NCBI GenBank assembly: GCA_026991575.1
Contig: JALXBF010000156.1
Location: forward strand, 1-41,154
Length of the DNA: 41,154 nucleotides
Direction: 5' to 3'
Origin: Planctomycetota bacterium
GTDB lineage: Bacteria > Planctomycetota > Planctomycetia > JALXBF01
Made by a program: the position numbers and the translations under genes. The notes under the pieces are model-generated. The model saw only the letters and a program-made list of their open reading frames with translations, did no database searches and was not told where the DNA came from. The first letter of the stretch is position 1. Every line of letters starts with the position of its first letter. This document shows positions 25,043 through 35,139 of this stretch, piece by piece.

Positions 25043-28000
25043 GTGCCGAAGCGAACCGACATCCGCCGCATCCTCATCATCGGGTCGGGGCCGATCGTCA
25101 TCGGCCAGGCATGCGAATTTGACTATTCGGGCAGTCAGGCGTGTAAGGCCCTACGCGAAGAGGGCTACGAAGTTGTCCTGGTCAATTCCAATCCCGCCAC
25201 GATCATGACCGATCCGGACATGGCGGATCGGACCTACATTGAGCCGTTGCGGTGGGACATCGTGGCGCGTGTCATTGAGCGGGAACGGCCTGACGCGCTC
25301 TTGCCGACGCTAGGGGGCCAGACCGGTCTGAACGTCTCGCTCGAGCTGCACCAGAAGGGGGTCCTGCAGCGCTATGGCGTCGAGATGATCGGCGCTCGGC
25401 CCGAGGTGATCGAGAAAGCCGAGCGGCGCGAGCTGTTCCGCGCAGCCATGGAACGCATCGGCCTGAAGGTGCCGCGCAGCGTGCTGGTCACCAGCCTGAA
25501 CGAAGCGCGCGACGCTCTCGACCATGTCGGGCTCCCTTGCGTGCTGCGGCCCAGCCTGACGCTGGGCGGAACCGGCGGTGCCATTGCGTACAACCGGGAC
25601 GAGTTCGAGGAACTGGTTCGCCGGGCCCTGCACCTGTCCCCTGTGCATGAAGTGCTCATCGAACAGTCGGTCCTTGGCTGGAAGGAATACGAGCTGGAGG
25701 TGATGCGGGACCGGGCAGACAACGTGGTGATCGTCTGCACGATCGAGAACTTCGACCCGATGGGCGTCCATACGGGGGACTCGATCACGGTCGCACCAGC
25801 TCAGACACTCACCGACAAGGAATACCAGCGGATGCGCGACGCGGCGATCGCCGTCATGCGCGAGATCGGGGTGGAGACCGGCGGGTCAAACATCCAGTTT
25901 GCCGTCAACCCGGAAAACGGCGACATGGTCGTTATCGAGATGAACCCGCGGGTCAGCCGCTCCTCAGCGCTGGCGTCCAAGGCGACCGGCTTCCCGATCG
26001 CCAAGATCGCCGCGAAGTTGGCGGTTGGGTACCGCCTGGACGAACTGCCCAACGACATCACGCGTGAGACGGTGGCATGCTTCGAGCCGACCATCGACTA
26101 CGTTGTCACGAAGGTGCCGCGGTGGGCATTCGAGAAGTTCCCGGATGCCAGCCCGGAGCTGACGACCCAGATGAAGTCGGTCGGGGAGGTGATGGCCATC
26201 GGGCGCACGTTCAAGGAGTCACTTCAGAAGGCGCTGCGCAGCCTGGAGATCGGCCGCCATGGCCTCGGCTGTGACCCCAAGGACCTGTGGGGCACGGAGC
26301 GGCAGCCTACTGTTGATGAGATCCGGGCGAAGCTGGCAACCCCTAACCCGGACCGAATCTGGTACATCCGCTACGCGTTAAAGGCCGGGATCCCGCTCAG
26401 CAAGATCCACGAACTGACAGCCATCGACCCGTGGTTCTTGGACCAGATCCAGCAGATCGTCGCATTCGAGGATGAGCTGGCGCGGGTGGACCTGAGAACA
26501 GCGAGTGTGGAGTTGGTCAGACGGGCCAAGCAGTTCGGCTTCTCGGACAAGCAACTGGCCACACTCTGGGGGGTCAGCGAGCGTGAAGTCCGGCAGTGGC
26601 GGCAGGCGCACGGCATCACGGCAACGTACAAGCTCGTTGACACCTGCGCGGCCGAATTCGAGGCCTACACACCCTACTACTACAGCACGCATGAACGGGA
26701 AGACGAAACACGCCCGCCCAGGAAGCCGCGGATCATGGTCCTGGGCGGCGGGCCCAACCGGATCGGTCAGGGTATCGAGTTTGACTACTGCTGCTGCCAG
26801 GCCGCATATGCGTTGCGGGAGGCAGGCTATGAGGTCATCATGGTCAACTCCAACCCGGAAACCGTCTCCACAGATTACGACACCTCCGACCATCTGTTCT
26901 TCGAGCCATTAACCGTGGAGGATGTCATCGAAATCTGGCGACGGACCCGGCCCGAGGGGGCCATTGTCCAGTTTGGCGGCCAAACCCCCTTGAACCTGGC
27001 TCGGGCGCTGGTGGCCGAAGGGGTCCGGATCATCGGCACTTCGGTCGATTCCATCGAGATGGCCGAGGACCGCGGGCAGTTCGAGGCGCTGCTGGAGCGG
27101 CTCAAGCTGAAACGGCCGCCGGCAGGCATTGCCCGCTCGGTGGATGAAGCCAAGCATATCGCACGCCAGATCGGTTATCCCGTATTGGTCCGTCCTAGCT
27201 TCGTGCTGGGGGGGCGGGCCATGGAGATCGTGTACGACGAAGGCACGCTGGTGCGGTACATGGAAGAAGCTGCCGATGCGTCTCCGGACCGCCCGGTGCT
27301 GATCGATAAGTTCCTGGAGGATGCCATCGAGGTCGACGTCGATGCCGTCTCCGACGGACATCATACGGTCGTTGCGGGCGTGATGCAGCACATCGAAGAG
27401 GCCGGTGTGCATTCGGGCGATTCTGCCTGTGCGATCCCGCCGTATAACCTGCCCGAAGCGACGATCGCTGAGCTGAAAGACGCGACTCGCAAGCTCGCCC
27501 GGGCGCTGAACGTGTGCGGCCTGATGAATGTGCAGTTTGCGATCAAGGATGGTGAGGTGTATGTGCTGGAGGTCAACCCGCGCGCCAGCCGCACGGTACC
27601 GTTCGTGTCCAAGGCTGTCGGCTTGCCGCTTGCCCGTATTGCCGCACTGTGCATGGTGGGCAAGACGCTGGCCGAGCAGGGCGTTACTGAGGATCCGAAG
27701 CCGACACACTTCTCGGTCAAGGAAAGCGTGTTCCCGTTCATTAAGTTCCCCGGGGTCGATATCGTGCTTGGCCCGGAGATGCGCTCGACGGGCGAAGTGA
27801 TGGGTATTGACGATGACTTTGCTATGGCATTTGCCAAGAGCCAGATCGCAGCGGGCAGTGACCTGCCGCTGGAGGGCACGATCTTCGTCAGCGTGGCTAA
27901 TCCGCATAAGGCAGCGGTGGTACCGATCGCCAAGCGGCTGTCGGAACTGGGCTATGCACTCGTGGCAACGGCCGGCACGGCGCGCGTGTTGGAGCAGAAC

Positions 28001-28306
28001 GGCATCCCATGCCGACGCGTGCGGAAACTGCAGGAGGGGCGACCGAACGTGCTGGATCTAATGGCCAACAACGAAATCGCGCTCGTGATCAACACTCCCA
28101 GCGGTAAGGGGGCGCGGACAGACGAAGGGCGCATCAGGGCGGCCGCCACGGCGCGTGGCATTCCGTGCATCACGACGATCGCTGCGGCACGTGTCGCCGT
28201 ATTAGCCATCGAGGCGCTTCGCCGGGGGGAGATTTCGGTGAGCTGTCTGCAGGAGCGGTTCGCCGGAGCTGGCCCCCCGTCCGCTCAAGCAGCGTCCGCA
28301 CGCTAA
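25043..28306 (+). CDS. carB: Carbamoyl-phosphate synthase large subunit
   Basis: GTG start after [32 protein letters not shown]; duplicated ATP-grasp halves ([17 protein letters not shown]); C-terminal MGS domain. Confidence 0.98.
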   Translation: MPKRTDIRRILIIGSGPIVIGQACEFDYSGSQACKALREEGYEVVLVNSNPATIMTDPDMADRTYIEPLRWDIVARVIERERPDALLPTLGGQTGLNVSLELHQKGVLQRYGVEMIGARPEVIEKAERRELFRAAMERIGLKVPRSVLVTSLNEARDALDHVGLPCVLRPSLTLGGTGGAIAYNRDEFEELVRRALHLSPVHEVLIEQSVLGWKEYELEVMRDRADNVVIVCTIENFDPMGVHTGDSITVAPAQTLTDKEYQRMRDAAIAVMREIGVETGGSNIQFAVNPENGDMVVIEMNPRVSRSSALASKATGFPIAKIAAKLAVGYRLDELPNDITRETVACFEPTIDYVVTKVPRWAFEKFPDASPELTTQMKSVGEVMAIGRTFKESLQKALRSLEIGRHGLGCDPKDLWGTERQPTVDEIRAKLATPNPDRIWYIRYALKAGIPLSKIHELTAIDPWFLDQIQQIVAFEDELARVDLRTASVELVRRAKQFGFSDKQLATLWGVSEREVRQWRQAHGITATYKLVDTCAAEFEAYTPYYYSTHEREDETRPPRKPRIMVLGGGPNRIGQGIEFDYCCCQAAYALREAGYEVIMVNSNPETVSTDYDTSDHLFFEPLTVEDVIEIWRRTRPEGAIVQFGGQTPLNLARALVAEGVRIIGTSVDSIEMAEDRGQFEALLERLKLKRPPAGIARSVDEAKHIARQIGYPVLVRPSFVLGGRAMEIVYDEGTLVRYMEEAADASPDRPVLIDKFLEDAIEVDVDAVSDGHHTVVAGVMQHIEEAGVHSGDSACAIPPYNLPEATIAELKDATRKLARALNVCGLMNVQFAIKDGEVYVLEVNPRASRTVPFVSKAVGLPLARIAALCMVGKTLAEQGVTEDPKPTHFSVKESVFPFIKFPGVDIVLGPEMRSTGEVMGIDDDFAMAFAKSQIAAGSDLPLEGTIFVSVANPHKAAVVPIAKRLSELGYALVATAGTARVLEQNGIPCRRVRKLQEGRPNVLDLMANNEIALVINTPSGKGARTDEGRIRAAATARGIPCITTIAAARVAVLAIEALRRGEISVSCLQERFAGAGPPSAQAASAR

Positions 28307-28336
28307 GGCTAAGCATCGACCCGGAACGGGATCGCC

Positions 28337-29350
28337 ATGCGCTACTATGCTGCCTGCTGCCAAACGGCGTTCGATTGCCCGCGCAGTAGCGCCGAAATCG
28401 GCGCACGCGTCGACCAGATGCTGACGATGGTCGACCACGCTGTCCAGGGCTACGAGCCTTTCTTCCCGGTGCGGCTCGTGGTATTTCCCGAGTTCGCGCA
28501 CGCGGCCCCGATCTACTTCGACGTCGCCACCCTGCGTGCGAAACTCGCCGTGCCAATCCCCAACGAATACACGGACCGATACCAGCGCAAGGCAGCCCAG
28601 CTGGGAATCTACATCCAGACCGGCACCTTCATCGAGCGTCACGACGACTTTCCCGACGCGCTGTTCAACACCACCTGCCTCATCGGCCCGGATGGCATCA
28701 TCACCGTCTACCGCAAGACGCACCCCTGGATCCCGTGGGAGGTGCACGCCAGCCCACACGACTTGCCTGACTGCCCGTTCGATCCGTTTCCGGTGGCTGA
28801 TACGGAAATCGGCAAGCTTGGCGTAGCGATCTGCTACGACTGGCTGTTCCCCGAGGTTCTGCGTCAATATGCGGCTCGGGGAGCCGAGGTGCTCGTGCGT
28901 GTGTCGGCGTACATGGATCCCTGGGGCACGCAGCAACCGATGGACTGGTGGACCATCGTCAATCGGTGCCGCGCCCTGGAAAACGTCGCGTACGTGGTTG
29001 CATGCAACCAGGGGGCAGACTACCGGCAGTACCCGCCGTTCAGCTGGCCGGGTGGCAGCATGATCGTCGACTTCGACGGCCGCATCCTGGCACAGGCTGA
29101 ATCGGGGCCCGGGGAGCGGATCGTTGTAGGGCCAATCGACTTGGACGCCCTTCGCCGGGAGCGCCGGCGGCGCGAGGGCCACCTGATGCCCGCGCATCTG
29201 CGGACCGAGCTGTACCGCTGCTACCGTGAGCGGTTCTACCCGCCTGCGGCCACCCGCCATGCCGGGCCGCTATCGATCGAGGCCAACCGGGCAGCCATCC
29301 GGGAAGCTCGCGAACGATGGCTCGGCCTTACGCCAGAATCTCGTGGATGA
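28337..29350 (+). CDS. Nitrilase-superfamily carbon-nitrogen hydrolase
   Basis: Glu-Lys-Cys triad motifs VVFPEF, YRKTH and AICYD; NRCRALEN; GGSMIVDFDG. Confidence 0.9.
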   Translation: MRYYAACCQTAFDCPRSSAEIGARVDQMLTMVDHAVQGYEPFFPVRLVVFPEFAHAAPIYFDVATLRAKLAVPIPNEYTDRYQRKAAQLGIYIQTGTFIERHDDFPDALFNTTCLIGPDGIITVYRKTHPWIPWEVHASPHDLPDCPFDPFPVADTEIGKLGVAICYDWLFPEVLRQYAARGAEVLVRVSAYMDPWGTQQPMDWWTIVNRCRALENVAYVVACNQGADYRQYPPFSWPGGSMIVDFDGRILAQAESGPGERIVVGPIDLDALRRERRRREGHLMPAHLRTELYRCYRERFYPPAATRHAGPLSIEANRAAIREARERWLGLTPESRG

Positions 29351-30782
29351 CATGGCCGTGCACGTCGGTCAAGCGCCGATCGGTGCCATTGTGTCGGAAG
29401 GTCAAGCGTCGGTGGTCGATCCCGAGCAAGTGCAGGATCGTGGCGTGCACGTCATAGCCCCACGTGACGTGATTTGGATCGGCCGGCTTGAAGGACCACT
29501 CGTCCGATTCGCCATACGTCACCCCTCCCTTTATCCCGCCGCCGGCCAGCCAGTTCGTAAAGACGAACGGATTGTGATCGCGTCCTTTGCTGCCTTGACT
29601 GCACGGCATCCGCCCGAACTCGGTAGTCCAATACACGATCGTCTCATCCAGCAGGCCGCGCCACTTCAGGTCCGTGATCAACGCGCGCACAGCCCGGGCC
29701 ATTGCCCGCGCCAGCGGCCAGTGGTCGCGGCGGATGTCCTCATGCGAGTCCCAGTTGCGGCGCGGAAAACCGTTGTCGGCGCCGGACCAAACCTGCACGA
29801 ACCGTACCCCCCGCTCCACCAGCCTGCGCGCGATCAGGCAGTTCAGCCCAAAGTACCTCAGCTCACGTCCCTCATTCATCGGCCCGTCCCAGTCGACATC
29901 CGGCGCCGTGATTCCGTACATGTCAAGGATGTAGCGTGGTTCGCCCGAAATGTCGAGCACCTCCGGCGCCGAGAGCTGCATCCTGGCAGCCAGCTCGTAC
30001 GAGCGGATACGAGCCTCGAGCCGGGCGTCTTCCGGCCGCATTGCCAGGTGCGCCCGGTTCAGCCGGGTCAACACCTCCAGCGCAGCGCGATCGCCTTCCG
30101 GAGTCGCAAACGAACCAGGTGGCGGAAACAGATCGTGCACCGGCGTACGTGACGACGGCCGGATTACCGTCCCTTGATGCACAGCAGGCAGAAAGCCGGC
30201 GGACCAGTTTCGCGGCCCGTTTGGTGCAAAGCCGCGTGGATCGGGCAACACGACAAAGGTCGGCAAGTTATCACTTTCGCGACCAAGTCCATAGCTGATC
30301 CAGGCACCCATCGACGGGAAACCAGGCAAGGTGAAACCGGTGGTCTGCAAAAAGGTGGCCGGCCCATGCACGTTGGATTTCGAAACCATGTTGTGGATGA
30401 ACGCGATCTCATCCACGACGTCACCCATGGGCGCGACGGCATCGCTCAGCCACTTACCGCACTCCCCATAGCGACGCCAGCCCCATGGAGCAGCCATGGT
30501 GTGTCCGGGCGTCGATTGAAACAGTTCCACCTTCTCACCCGGGTTCCACGGCTTGCCGTGCTCACGAATGAGCCGCGGCTTGTAGTCGAACAGATCGCAC
30601 TGGCTAGCCCCCCCTGACATGAACAGCTGAATGACGTACCGTGCCTTGGGCGGCCGGTGTGGTAAAGGCTGATCAGATCGGTCGTCCGCCGCAAGTAAAC
30701 CGTCCCTTGCCAGCAGCGCGGCCAGGGCAATGCCACCAAGCCCACCGCCGGAACGCCACAGAAACTCACGCCTGCTGAACAT
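29328..30782 (-). CDS. DUF1501 family protein (Tat signal)
   Basis: SRREFL; IQLFMSGGASQCDLFDYKP; PSMGAWISYGLG; CLIARRLVERGVRFVQ; WDSH; EFGRMP; GRDHNP; RLTDVHG. Confidence 0.95.
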   Translation of the reverse strand: MFSRREFLWRSGGGLGGIALAALLARDGLLAADDRSDQPLPHRPPKARYVIQLFMSGGASQCDLFDYKPRLIREHGKPWNPGEKVELFQSTPGHTMAAPWGWRRYGECGKWLSDAVAPMGDVVDEIAFIHNMVSKSNVHGPATFLQTTGFTLPGFPSMGAWISYGLGRESDNLPTFVVLPDPRGFAPNGPRNWSAGFLPAVHQGTVIRPSSRTPVHDLFPPPGSFATPEGDRAALEVLTRLNRAHLAMRPEDARLEARIRSYELAARMQLSAPEVLDISGEPRYILDMYGITAPDVDWDGPMNEGRELRYFGLNCLIARRLVERGVRFVQVWSGADNGFPRRNWDSHEDIRRDHWPLARAMARAVRALITDLKWRGLLDETIVYWTTEFGRMPCSQGSKGRDHNPFVFTNWLAGGGIKGGVTYGESDEWSFKPADPNHVTWGYDVHATILHLLGIDHRRLTFRHNGTDRRLTDVHGHVIHEILA

Positions 30783-30795
30783 CGCGCCGCTCTCG

Positions 30796-33480
30796 CTAGT
30801 CGACGAAGAGAAACTCGTTTAGGTTAAGCAGCACGCGGCAGAGGTAGGCCGTGCCGTGGTCGCGCACCAGGTCCGACAACAGCTCCAGCTCCTCAGGCGA
30901 TGGATCTCGGCCCAGAGCCTCACGAGTGGCCGCGACCACCAGACTTGCTGGATCACTCCACTGCCGCTCCAGTCGCTCCGCCCATTTCTCGGCCACATAA
31001 AGGATGAACGGGTCGTTGAACAGCACAAGGGACTGCAGCGGGGTCAACGTCTCGTTGCGCCGCCCAGTGACCACGGCCGGGTCCGGGAAGTCGAACACCT
31101 CCATGAACGGATCCGGCACGGAACGCACGACGAAACGGTAGATGCTCCGACGCCGAGTTTCCATGGTGGCCGGGTCATAGTCGTGGTACAGGTAATGAGG
31201 CGAGTGGTCATCGATGAACTTGAAATTGCGATACGGCGGCCCCCCCATACGCCGATCCAGGATATCTGCCACCGCCAGCGCGGCATCGCGGACGACCTCC
31301 GCCTCCAGCCGCCGCCGATTCATGCGCCAGAGTAGCCGGTTCTGAGCATCAAGCCTCTGAGCCCGTCTGGCCATCGGCCCGACCACAAAACTGGTCTGCC
31401 TGTACGTCGTACTGGTCACCAGCAGATAGTGCAGCCGTTTGAGCGACTGGCCTGCTTGGTCACGGAACCACACAGCCAGCCAATCCAGCAGTTCCGGATG
31501 CGACGGGCGTTCCCCCATGCGGCCAAAGTCGTCAGGTGTGGCCACGATGCCGACACCGAAGTGATACTGCCAGATGCGATTGACGATACTTCGCCACGTC
31601 AGCGGATTGTCGCGGTGCGCGATCCAGCGAGCCAGGGCAGCTCGCCGTTGGCCTTCGGGCGTTTCGTTCGTGATCCCCAGCTCGCGTGGCATGCCGGCAA
31701 GACACCCGATCGCCCCGGGCACAGCCGGCTCTACCGGCTGTTTTACATCACCGCGGCGGAGCACGTAAACTGGCCTTGGGCGGCCACGTGTCGGCACGAA
31801 ATTGCCGATGGGCTTGAAGTCCGTGGCCGCGGCGAAGACAAGCTGCTGGGCGGGTAAGGCGGCCAGCTGCTGTTGCACCTCGGCCAGCTCCGCAGCAAGC
31901 GACGCTCGTTGTTGCCGGAGCCGCACCACCTCTGCTCGGGCCAGCGCACGCCGACTGGCCTTCTGCAGTGCCGCTAGCTGCCGCAGACGCTCCACCGACC
32001 ACTCCCCCACGTAGATACCGTCGACCAGATTGCTAACCCGCCACCGCGGTGGCCCCTCAACCCAATCCAGCGCACGCACGCTCGCCCCCCGTGCCACGTT
32101 GCGGCCTTCCGCGTCCAACACAATCAGCTCGGCTAGCGCGAAAATGAAATCGTTGCGCCGGCGCCGCTCGGCAAGCTTTGTGGCGGTCACCCGCACGTAC
32201 CGTGCAACGACGGGCGGCTCCAGGACGACGGCCTGGGGCACCAGCCCGGGATTGGGCTGGTCCGTCTCGGTCAGGTCCAAGAGGACAGTAGCGTTCCGGA
32301 ACTGCGGATCATCGGCCACTTCAACTCGATACCGGGGCGGGAAGCCGAAACCGGCCCCGATGCCGGCGAAGTCGTCGTGGCAAGGCACCAGGGCGATCAA
32401 ATGAATCGGCACGGCACGTCCGAGGTCCACCTGTACCCACTTCTCTTTCCACGGCTCGCGCTCAATGGCACTGTGGTACCCGAACTCGGGCCGCTTGCCT
32501 TCGGCGGTGATCCCCGCCATCAGTCGGTCGAGCTCGCGCCGGAGTGGCTCAAGCACCGGCCGAAGACGCTCGTGGATAGTCCGGTCCAGCCGTGCCACGG
32601 CCTGTTGAAGGCTCTCGGCGCGACGCGTCAGTTCACGGCGTTTGGCGGCGACTTTCGGGTCTGGATCGTACGGCCGGTCGGCACGGTCGATTGCAGCGAA
32701 GATCGCCTGCAGACCGTAGTACTCCTCCTGAGAGATCGGATCGAACTTGTGCTCGTGGCAGCGGGCACACTGGATCGTGGTGCTCAGGAAAGCATTGAAC
32801 ACGGTCGTGACCATGTCGTCCCGGTCCAGGTTGCGCACCCGCTTCTTCTCGACCGTGCCGTTGCGCACCTCGATTTGACCGACCCAGTCAAACGGCCCAG
32901 CAACCAGGAAACCAGTCGCCACCACGCCGTCCGGGCTGTCGGGGAAGAGCACATCGCCGGCGATCTGCTCCATGACAAAACGGCCGTACGGCTTGTCCTG
33001 ATTGAACGATCGGATCACATAATCCCGATACGGCCACGCGTTCAGTCGGACTTTGTCCTTGTCAAACCCGTGCGTGTCGGCGTAATGCGCCACGTCGAGC
33101 CAGTGCCGGGCCCACCGCTCACCGTAGTGTGGCGACGCCAGCAACCGGTCCACAAGCCGCTCGTAAGCGGCCGGGTGCCGATCATGCACAAACCGCTGGA
33201 CATCGTCGTAGCTGGGTGGCAGCCCGAGCAGGTCGATGTAGAGTCGGCGGATAAGCGTCCGGCGGTCGGCCTCGGGCGAAAAGCCCAGCCCGCGATCTTG
33301 CAGCCTGCGTGCCACAAAGGCATCGACCGGATTGCGGAGCTGAGCGTCCGACGCGGTTTGAAGAACAGGCACGGGGAAAGGGCGCAGCGGCCGGTATGCC
33401 CACCAGGTCTCGCCGGCAACGCCGGCCGCCGCGACCAGGAGCGTCAGGGTCAGGGCGCATGGGCGGCGCAGATCCGTCAC
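30796..33480 (-). CDS. DUF1549/DUF1553 protein with an internal F5/8 type C (discoidin)-like domain
   Basis: NPVDAF, RTLIRRL..DL.GLPP, YGERWARHWLD, IQCARCHEHKFDPI, KWVQVDLG...ARYVRVTAT, HRDNPLT.RSIVNRIWQ, PSHPELLDWLA, NLNEFLFVD. Confidence 0.93.
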   Translation of the reverse strand: MTDLRRPCALTLTLLVAAAGVAGETWWAYRPLRPFPVPVLQTASDAQLRNPVDAFVARRLQDRGLGFSPEADRRTLIRRLYIDLLGLPPSYDDVQRFVHDRHPAAYERLVDRLLASPHYGERWARHWLDVAHYADTHGFDKDKVRLNAWPYRDYVIRSFNQDKPYGRFVMEQIAGDVLFPDSPDGVVATGFLVAGPFDWVGQIEVRNGTVEKKRVRNLDRDDMVTTVFNAFLSTTIQCARCHEHKFDPISQEEYYGLQAIFAAIDRADRPYDPDPKVAAKRRELTRRAESLQQAVARLDRTIHERLRPVLEPLRRELDRLMAGITAEGKRPEFGYHSAIEREPWKEKWVQVDLGRAVPIHLIALVPCHDDFAGIGAGFGFPPRYRVEVADDPQFRNATVLLDLTETDQPNPGLVPQAVVLEPPVVARYVRVTATKLAERRRRNDFIFALAELIVLDAEGRNVARGASVRALDWVEGPPRWRVSNLVDGIYVGEWSVERLRQLAALQKASRRALARAEVVRLRQQRASLAAELAEVQQQLAALPAQQLVFAAATDFKPIGNFVPTRGRPRPVYVLRRGDVKQPVEPAVPGAIGCLAGMPRELGITNETPEGQRRAALARWIAHRDNPLTWRSIVNRIWQYHFGVGIVATPDDFGRMGERPSHPELLDWLAVWFRDQAGQSLKRLHYLLVTSTTYRQTSFVVGPMARRAQRLDAQNRLLWRMNRRRLEAEVVRDAALAVADILDRRMGGPPYRNFKFIDDHSPHYLYHDYDPATMETRRRSIYRFVVRSVPDPFMEVFDFPDPAVVTGRRNETLTPLQSLVLFNDPFILYVAEKWAERLERQWSDPASLVVAATREALGRDPSPEELELLSDLVRDHGTAYLCRVLLNLNEFLFVD

Positions 33481-33485
33481 CGTGC

Positions 33486-34856
33486 TTACACCTCCCTTGG
33501 GACGACATACGGGGCACGGTACTCCGGTTCATTCAACAGCCGGTCCGCTTCCTCGTCGCCGATCACTCGTTCACTGTCCGGATCGAACCGCAGGGGCCGA
33601 CGCAGCTCGTAGGAGGTACGCGCCAGCAGCGAGAGCACCATGGACTTGTGGCCCTCTTCAATGTCGGCCGTCAGCACGCGGTGGTCTCGGGCACGCATGG
33701 CGTGCAACCAGTTCTCCAGGTGATCGGCATCTTTCATCGGGTGGCCTTCCTCGGCCTTGCATGGCCCGGGTTCGTACTTTGGCCCGAGGAACGTGTAGTA
33801 GCTGCTGTAGTCCGGAAAGATCAGATACCCTTCGGTGCCCAGGAAGATCGTTCCCACCGGGAACCTGGGCTGAACGAACTTGTACCGGTCCCGGAAACCG
33901 GCTTCTGTGTTCGTGTACCAGGAGCGATGCTCGTAGGTGACCAGCGGCTCGTCATCGTCCCAGCGATAATGCCAGGCCGCATGGGTCGGAGAGGTACGAT
34001 CATCATGGTGGACAAACTTGCCGCCGATGGCGCTGACGTAAGTGGGATGGCGATCGAGCCGCAAGCCCCACCGTAGGATGTCCAGCTCATGGATGGCCTG
34101 ATTGGCAAAGCATCCGCTAGCCAGATCCAGGAAGAAATGCCACCGATAGTGGACCATCTTGCTGTACGGACGCATCTTCTTCGGACCGATCCACGCATCC
34201 CAGTTCAGTCCCTTGGGCACCGGCTCGGGGACAATCTTGCCGAAGTTCGGTCGGATCTTGAAATCGATACCGCGTGCCGCGTACACGCGACCAATGACGC
34301 CCTCATGCAGCTTCTGGATGCCCTCGCGAATGTTCGGGCTGGATCGGTTCTGGGTGCCGTGCTGCACCATCCGGTTGTACTTGCGGGCAGCGGCCACCAT
34401 CTGCCGCCCTTCGAAAAGGTTGTGCGTGCCCGGTTTCTCCACGTACACGTCCTTGCCGGCCTGGCACGCCCAGATCGTCGCCAGCGCATGCCAGCGATCA
34501 CCGGTGGCAATGACGACGCCATCAATGGAAGCATCGTCGAACAGCTTCCTCATGTCGTCGTAGACGACAAACTTCAGGTCCTTCAGCTCCTTGTAACCCT
34601 TCGGTATCGCGTCGATCCGATTCTGGTCGCAGTCACAAACAGCCGCAATCTCAACGTTGGCCTTCTCACGGAGCTCGACCAGCGCCCGGGCCAGGGCCCT
34701 CATGCGATTGCCCATGCCCAACAGCCCGACGCGGACGCGGTCGTTGGCTGATCGCCGCGTGCGCGCAAGCGCAGGGGCCGCCCAACCGAGCGCGGCGCCG
34801 GCGCCAGCCGCCTGCAGGGACTGCTTCAAGAAGCCTCGACGACTGGAAGCGGTCAT
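33486..34856 (-). CDS. Tat-exported Gfo/Idh/MocA family oxidoreductase
   Basis: SRRGFLK; ANDRVRVGLLG.G.R; IATGDRWH; GKDVYVEKP; QHGTQNRS; C-terminal YRAPY. GGAGG SD. Confidence 0.93.
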   Translation of the reverse strand: MTASSRRGFLKQSLQAAGAGAALGWAAPALARTRRSANDRVRVGLLGMGNRMRALARALVELREKANVEIAAVCDCDQNRIDAIPKGYKELKDLKFVVYDDMRKLFDDASIDGVVIATGDRWHALATIWACQAGKDVYVEKPGTHNLFEGRQMVAAARKYNRMVQHGTQNRSSPNIREGIQKLHEGVIGRVYAARGIDFKIRPNFGKIVPEPVPKGLNWDAWIGPKKMRPYSKMVHYRWHFFLDLASGCFANQAIHELDILRWGLRLDRHPTYVSAIGGKFVHHDDRTSPTHAAWHYRWDDDEPLVTYEHRSWYTNTEAGFRDRYKFVQPRFPVGTIFLGTEGYLIFPDYSSYYTFLGPKYEPGPCKAEEGHPMKDADHLENWLHAMRARDHRVLTADIEEGHKSMVLSLLARTSYELRRPLRFDPDSERVIGDEEADRLLNEPEYRAPYVVPREV

Positions 34857-34905
34857 GGCTACACCTCCAACAGCCAGGCGTGCGTGCGGGCAGCCAGCCG
34901 CTGCT

Positions 34906-34914
34906 ATGATAGCA
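34906..34914 (-). promoter_or_regulatory. Putative extended -10 promoter (TGcTATCAT) for the Gfo/Idh/MocA gene
   Basis: Minus strand TGCTATCAT about 50 nt upstream of the ATG. Confidence 0.4.
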
Positions 34915-34994
34915 AAGGATCAGTTTTTCCGGAGGGACCGGGGCCAAAGCAAAGACTTTGCCGGTGGACACCGCCCGCCATGCGGCGGCTCGGT

Positions 34995-35090
34995 CAGCGT
35001 TCGAGCCCCGCTTGCATCGCCACCGCCTTGCTGCGACCGCCTGCACCAGGCAGTGGCAGCAGCCGGGCCTGGAACCGACCTCGAACGCTG
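34995..35090. repeat. Long nested inverted repeat / stem-loop
   Basis: Perfect 11-bp IR CAGCGTTCGAG (34995-35005) / CTCGAACGCTG (35080-35090), enclosing the stems TGCTGC/GCAGCA and GCCTG/CAGGC. Confidence 0.5.
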
Positions 35091-35139
35091 CCTTTGGGCG
35101 GCCGTTCAGCGGGCACGGACCGGCAGTGTGGCGCCAGCC

